Assembly (NCBI GenBank): GCA_030749415.1
Contig: JASMKC010000063.1
Location: forward strand, 39,573-103,572
Source: Myxococcota bacterium
Lineage (GTDB): Bacteria; Myxococcota_A; UBA9160; SMWR01
Direction of reading: 5' to 3'
DNA length: 64,000 nucleotides
This document shows positions 61,447 through 64,000 of this stretch, piece by piece. Numbering within the stretch: the stretch's first letter is position 1; the number at the start of each line of letters is the position of its first letter. Made by a program: the position numbers and the translations under genes. Below the pieces are notes generated by a model, which saw nothing but the letters and a program-made list of their open reading frames with translations, made no database searches and was not told where the DNA came from.

Positions 61447-63125
61447 TCAGTCCGGATCGAGCACTTGCTCCGTGAGGGATGCGAGGACGGCTTGGGCCTG
61501 TTCCGCATCCGAGTACCGGCCAGCCTCCCGGTAGCACTGCACCAGCGCGGTGAACAGAGGCAGCCTAAACGGGTGGAGCTCCGCGGCCCTCTCGAGAAGC
61601 GGTAGTGCCAGCGCACAGTTTCCGCTGCCAAACTCGACGAGAGCCAATCCGTAAGGAATGTGCGGGTTGTTCGGGTCACGCCTGCGGAGCTCTTCGTAGA
61701 CGCCGCGCGCCTTGCCCAACAACTCAACGCGCCTTTCGGGTTTCACCGCCCGCCGCGCCGCCAGTACACGCCGCAGCAGGCGCTCTCCCTCCGATATGAG
61801 CGCCACGTCGGCCACACGCACGCGAGCGTCTGGAAGGCCTGGGGCGAAGGGGTCTCCCTCGAGTGCGTTGTCGGAAACCACGTAGCCCAATGCCATCAGA
61901 AGCTCGCTCTCCTCGGGTCCAACGGATCGCGTCTCGGACCAGTCCGGCGCTGACTGAACCGCCGCGAGCCGTTCGCTGAGCTCACGGGCGACATCGCGCT
62001 CGAGGGCTGCGCGGTTGTCGCTCTCGTCGGGGTCCTTCTCCAAGTCGTAGAGTTCTACCTCGGCGCCTTCGATCAACTTTTAATTGCGCCACAGCAGCCC
62101 GCGCAGCGCGCTCCAGCCAAACACGTGGTAGGGCAACAGGGTCTCGATCTGAATCACCCGGTCGCGGGGCGGCGCCACCGGCACGCCCTGCGCGTCGACA
62201 AGGGAGTGGCCCGCCGACCTCGATTCGCCGGACGGTACACCGGCCAGGGTGAGCAATGTCGGTGCCACGTCGACGAGTCCGACCAGGGAACGGACACGGC
62301 TTCCCGCGGCCCCGCGCACCCGCGCCCCGGAGATCACGAGGGGGACGTGCAGCGTCCCCTGGTAGGCCAGAATCCCGTAGCTCACCTCTCCGTGTTCTCC
62401 GAGGCCCTCGCCGTGATCCGCTGTGACGACGACCGTGAGCTCCGGGCTTCGCCCCTGGGCGTCGAGGAACTCGAGCAGGCGCCCGAGCTCCCGATCCGCG
62501 TAGGCAATCTCGACGTCGTAGATCTGGCGCGCGCTCGATCGAAAGTCCTTCGGAGGCCTGTACGGCTGGTGGGGGTCGAAGAAATGGATCCAGGCAAAGA
62601 AACTCTCGTCGGGACGAATGCCGCCGAACCAGTCGATCGCTTCGTCGACTGCCGTACCTGCCCGCCACTGAGCCGCGGGAAGCCGATCCACACGCTTGCT
62701 CGGATCAGGCCCCCGATACGACTCGAACCCCTGATCCAAGCCGAAGCGCGCGTCGAGAACGAAGGCCGACACGAATGCACCCGTGCGAAACCCGCGATCG
62801 TGGAGCGTTTCGGACACGAGCTCCGCCTCGGACGACAGCACGTAGTTGCCATTCGAATGTACGCCGTGGACGGAGGGCGGCTGGCCGGTCAAGATCGTCG
62901 CGTGGGAGGGCAAGGTAATCGGCGCCGGCGCAATCGCCTGCTCGAAGACGATTCCCTCGCGGGCCAGGGCATCGATATTCGGCGTATCGGCACCGTCATA
63001 GCCATAGGCTCCGATCCTGTCGGCGCGGGTCGTGTCGAAGCTGACGAGAAGGATCCCAGGCGCGACGACGCGTTCCGACCCGCACGCCGCGCTACCTCCG
63101 CAACGGTGGCAAGGAGCAGCACCAT
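61447..63125 (-). pseudogene. sulfatase-like (alkaline-phosphatase superfamily) hydrolase/transferase fused to TPR, disrupted
   Basis: The frame carries ILLVSFDTTRADRIGAYGYDG, ITLPSHATILTG and VVVTADHGEGLGEHGE. It is then cut by an in-frame TAA at 62080-62082 (WRN*KLIEGAEVELYDLEKDPDE). The only plausible ATG (63125) is in a different frame. Confidence 0.7.
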
Positions 63126-63241
63126 GAGGCGAACCGGGTGCGCCTCGAGCGTCGCGACCCGCGCATGCCGGCCGGCTGAGCCCCGGCCGTACGCGGGAAA
63201 AGAGGTGCCGGCGGCTCCCTGATCCACCGGAGCCAACGGCG

Positions 63242-63469
63242 TCACAGCAGCGGCAAATTCGCTTGTGGTGACCTCCAATTGTACACCTCGTGCTTCCGCG
63301 CGCAGACGAGCGCCGGCCAGGAACTCGTCCCGGACACCACCGCCTCAGTGACGGGAAGACGACCCGTGACGAGTTCAGGCTCGCAGCTCAGCACCTCGAC
63401 CCCGACCATACCGGGATGCTCGTTCTGGGCGAACTCATTGAGCTCAGCTACGCGGGCGGCCGACATCAA
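63242..63469 (-). CDS. short ORF resembling the N-terminal third of a PaaI-type hot-dog thioesterase (possible fragment)
   Basis: 75 aa. LNEFAQNEHPGMVGVEVLSCEPELVTGRLPVTEA looks like a PaaI N-terminus, but the remainder does not. Its start overlaps the upstream stop (ATGA). Confidence 0.3.
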   Translation of the reverse strand: MMSAARVAELNEFAQNEHPGMVGVEVLSCEPELVTGRLPVTEAVVSGTSSWPALVCARKHEVYNWRSPQANLPLL

Positions 63470-63900
63470 CCACCCTGCGGCAGATATTCCTTGAACATCT
63501 CACCCAATTCGTCGTCCGTCCGGTCCGGAACGCGATAATAGGTGCGGACCACGACCGAACCGTCCGGCTCGAAGCGATACGTCTCAATGCTGAGGCCCAC
63601 CGTCTTCACCCCGTCGTGAGTGATGTGGTTCTCGAGCAGCCAGGCGACTTCGTTGCCACAGATGAACAACGTCCCCTCGGCGATCTTGAAATGCACCTTC
63701 GGCTGGAAGAGGTCGAAGGGATCCGCACAGCACTCTTCAAAGCCGCACTTTTCCGGAGTTCCCACCGGGTCGAGCATCCGGAAATCGCCCGGCGCCACAT
63801 TGCGCCAGTTGGCGATCCAGGCCTCTTTGTCCCCCGCATTCCAGAGCGCAACGTAATTTTCGGCCCACTTTTCGAGTTGAGCGCGGCTCGGCGTCGCCAT
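63466..63900 (-). CDS. NTF2-like/SnoaL-like protein
   Basis: 144 aa. The pattern LEKWAENYVALWNAGDKEAWIANW is typical of SnoaL/NTF2-fold proteins. Confidence 0.55.
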   Translation of the reverse strand: MATPSRAQLEKWAENYVALWNAGDKEAWIANWRNVAPGDFRMLDPVGTPEKCGFEECCADPFDLFQPKVHFKIAEGTLFICGNEVAWLLENHITHDGVKTVGLSIETYRFEPDGSVVVRTYYRVPDRTDDELGEMFKEYLPQGG

Positions 63901-64000
63901 GGCGAGTCCTCCAGGAAGCCCAGGTTACCCCGTTGACAAAATCCCGTGCGGCCGCACGTCTCAGACCTCGGACTGCACCGCCGCGCGGCCCAAACTGCGG

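Noticed and set aside
62080-62082. Programmed recoding (readthrough or selenocysteine/pyrrolysine) at the in-frame stop of the sulfatase-like gene
   Set aside because: The codon is TAA, not TGA or TAG, and no SECIS-like or PYLIS-like context is evident. The gene also lacks an in-frame start, which favours pseudogenisation or sequence error.
63961-64000. Possible 3' end of a minus-strand gene at the window edge
   Set aside because: Only about 13 codons are visible, which is not enough to support a call.

Overview
GC-rich bacterial chromosomal window (roughly two-thirds G+C by eye) with about 55 protein-coding genes. I recognised no rRNA, tRNA, CRISPR array, transposase, integrase or phage genes. 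Many very long antisense ORFs in the track are high-GC artefacts. Gene content in order: lipid and thiol enzymes (alpha/beta hydrolase, WS/DGAT, GST, tandem DsbA-like protein); envelope genes (Spy/CpxP-like, MltB-like); an LLM oxidoreductase; thrS; a ClC channel; a GMC oxidoreductase with its small subunit; a DUF3604 plus phosphotriesterase pair; two SDRs; DUF456; a GT39-like transferase. The first highlight is a ten-gene minus-strand respiratory block (23285-34779). It runs PoxB-like TPP enzyme, caa3 oxidase CoxII-c/CoxI/CoxIII, unknown membrane protein, diheme cytochrome c, Rieske protein, cytochrome b fused to cytochrome c, a CtaG::CcoG-like fusion, and a FixH-like protein. After that come a GltB-like FMN enzyme, cardiolipin synthase, an acyl-CoA synthetase, a CoA-transferase, a sensor adenylate cyclase and a fused MFS/spermidine-synthase. 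The second highlight is a hopanoid block (46820-56419): dxs-hpnD-tetR-hpnC-hpnE-shc-hpnG-hpnH. The window ends with a sulfotransferase, a MaoC dehydratase, a lipoprotein plus M48/LysM peptidase pair, a broken sulfatase-TPR gene and an NTF2-like gene. Other points worth a second look: the TetR gene embedded in the hopanoid operon with a 16-bp perfect palindrome upstream; several perfect short tandem duplications (21, 22, 35 and 27 bp, plus a 33-bp repeat at 53-bp period), one of which frameshifts a lipoprotein gene and one of which duplicates its start codon; a sulfatase-like gene with an in-frame TAA; and a possible tRNA-Thr anticodon-arm mimic in the thrS leader. All functional calls come from motif and family recognition by eye. 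No database search was run.
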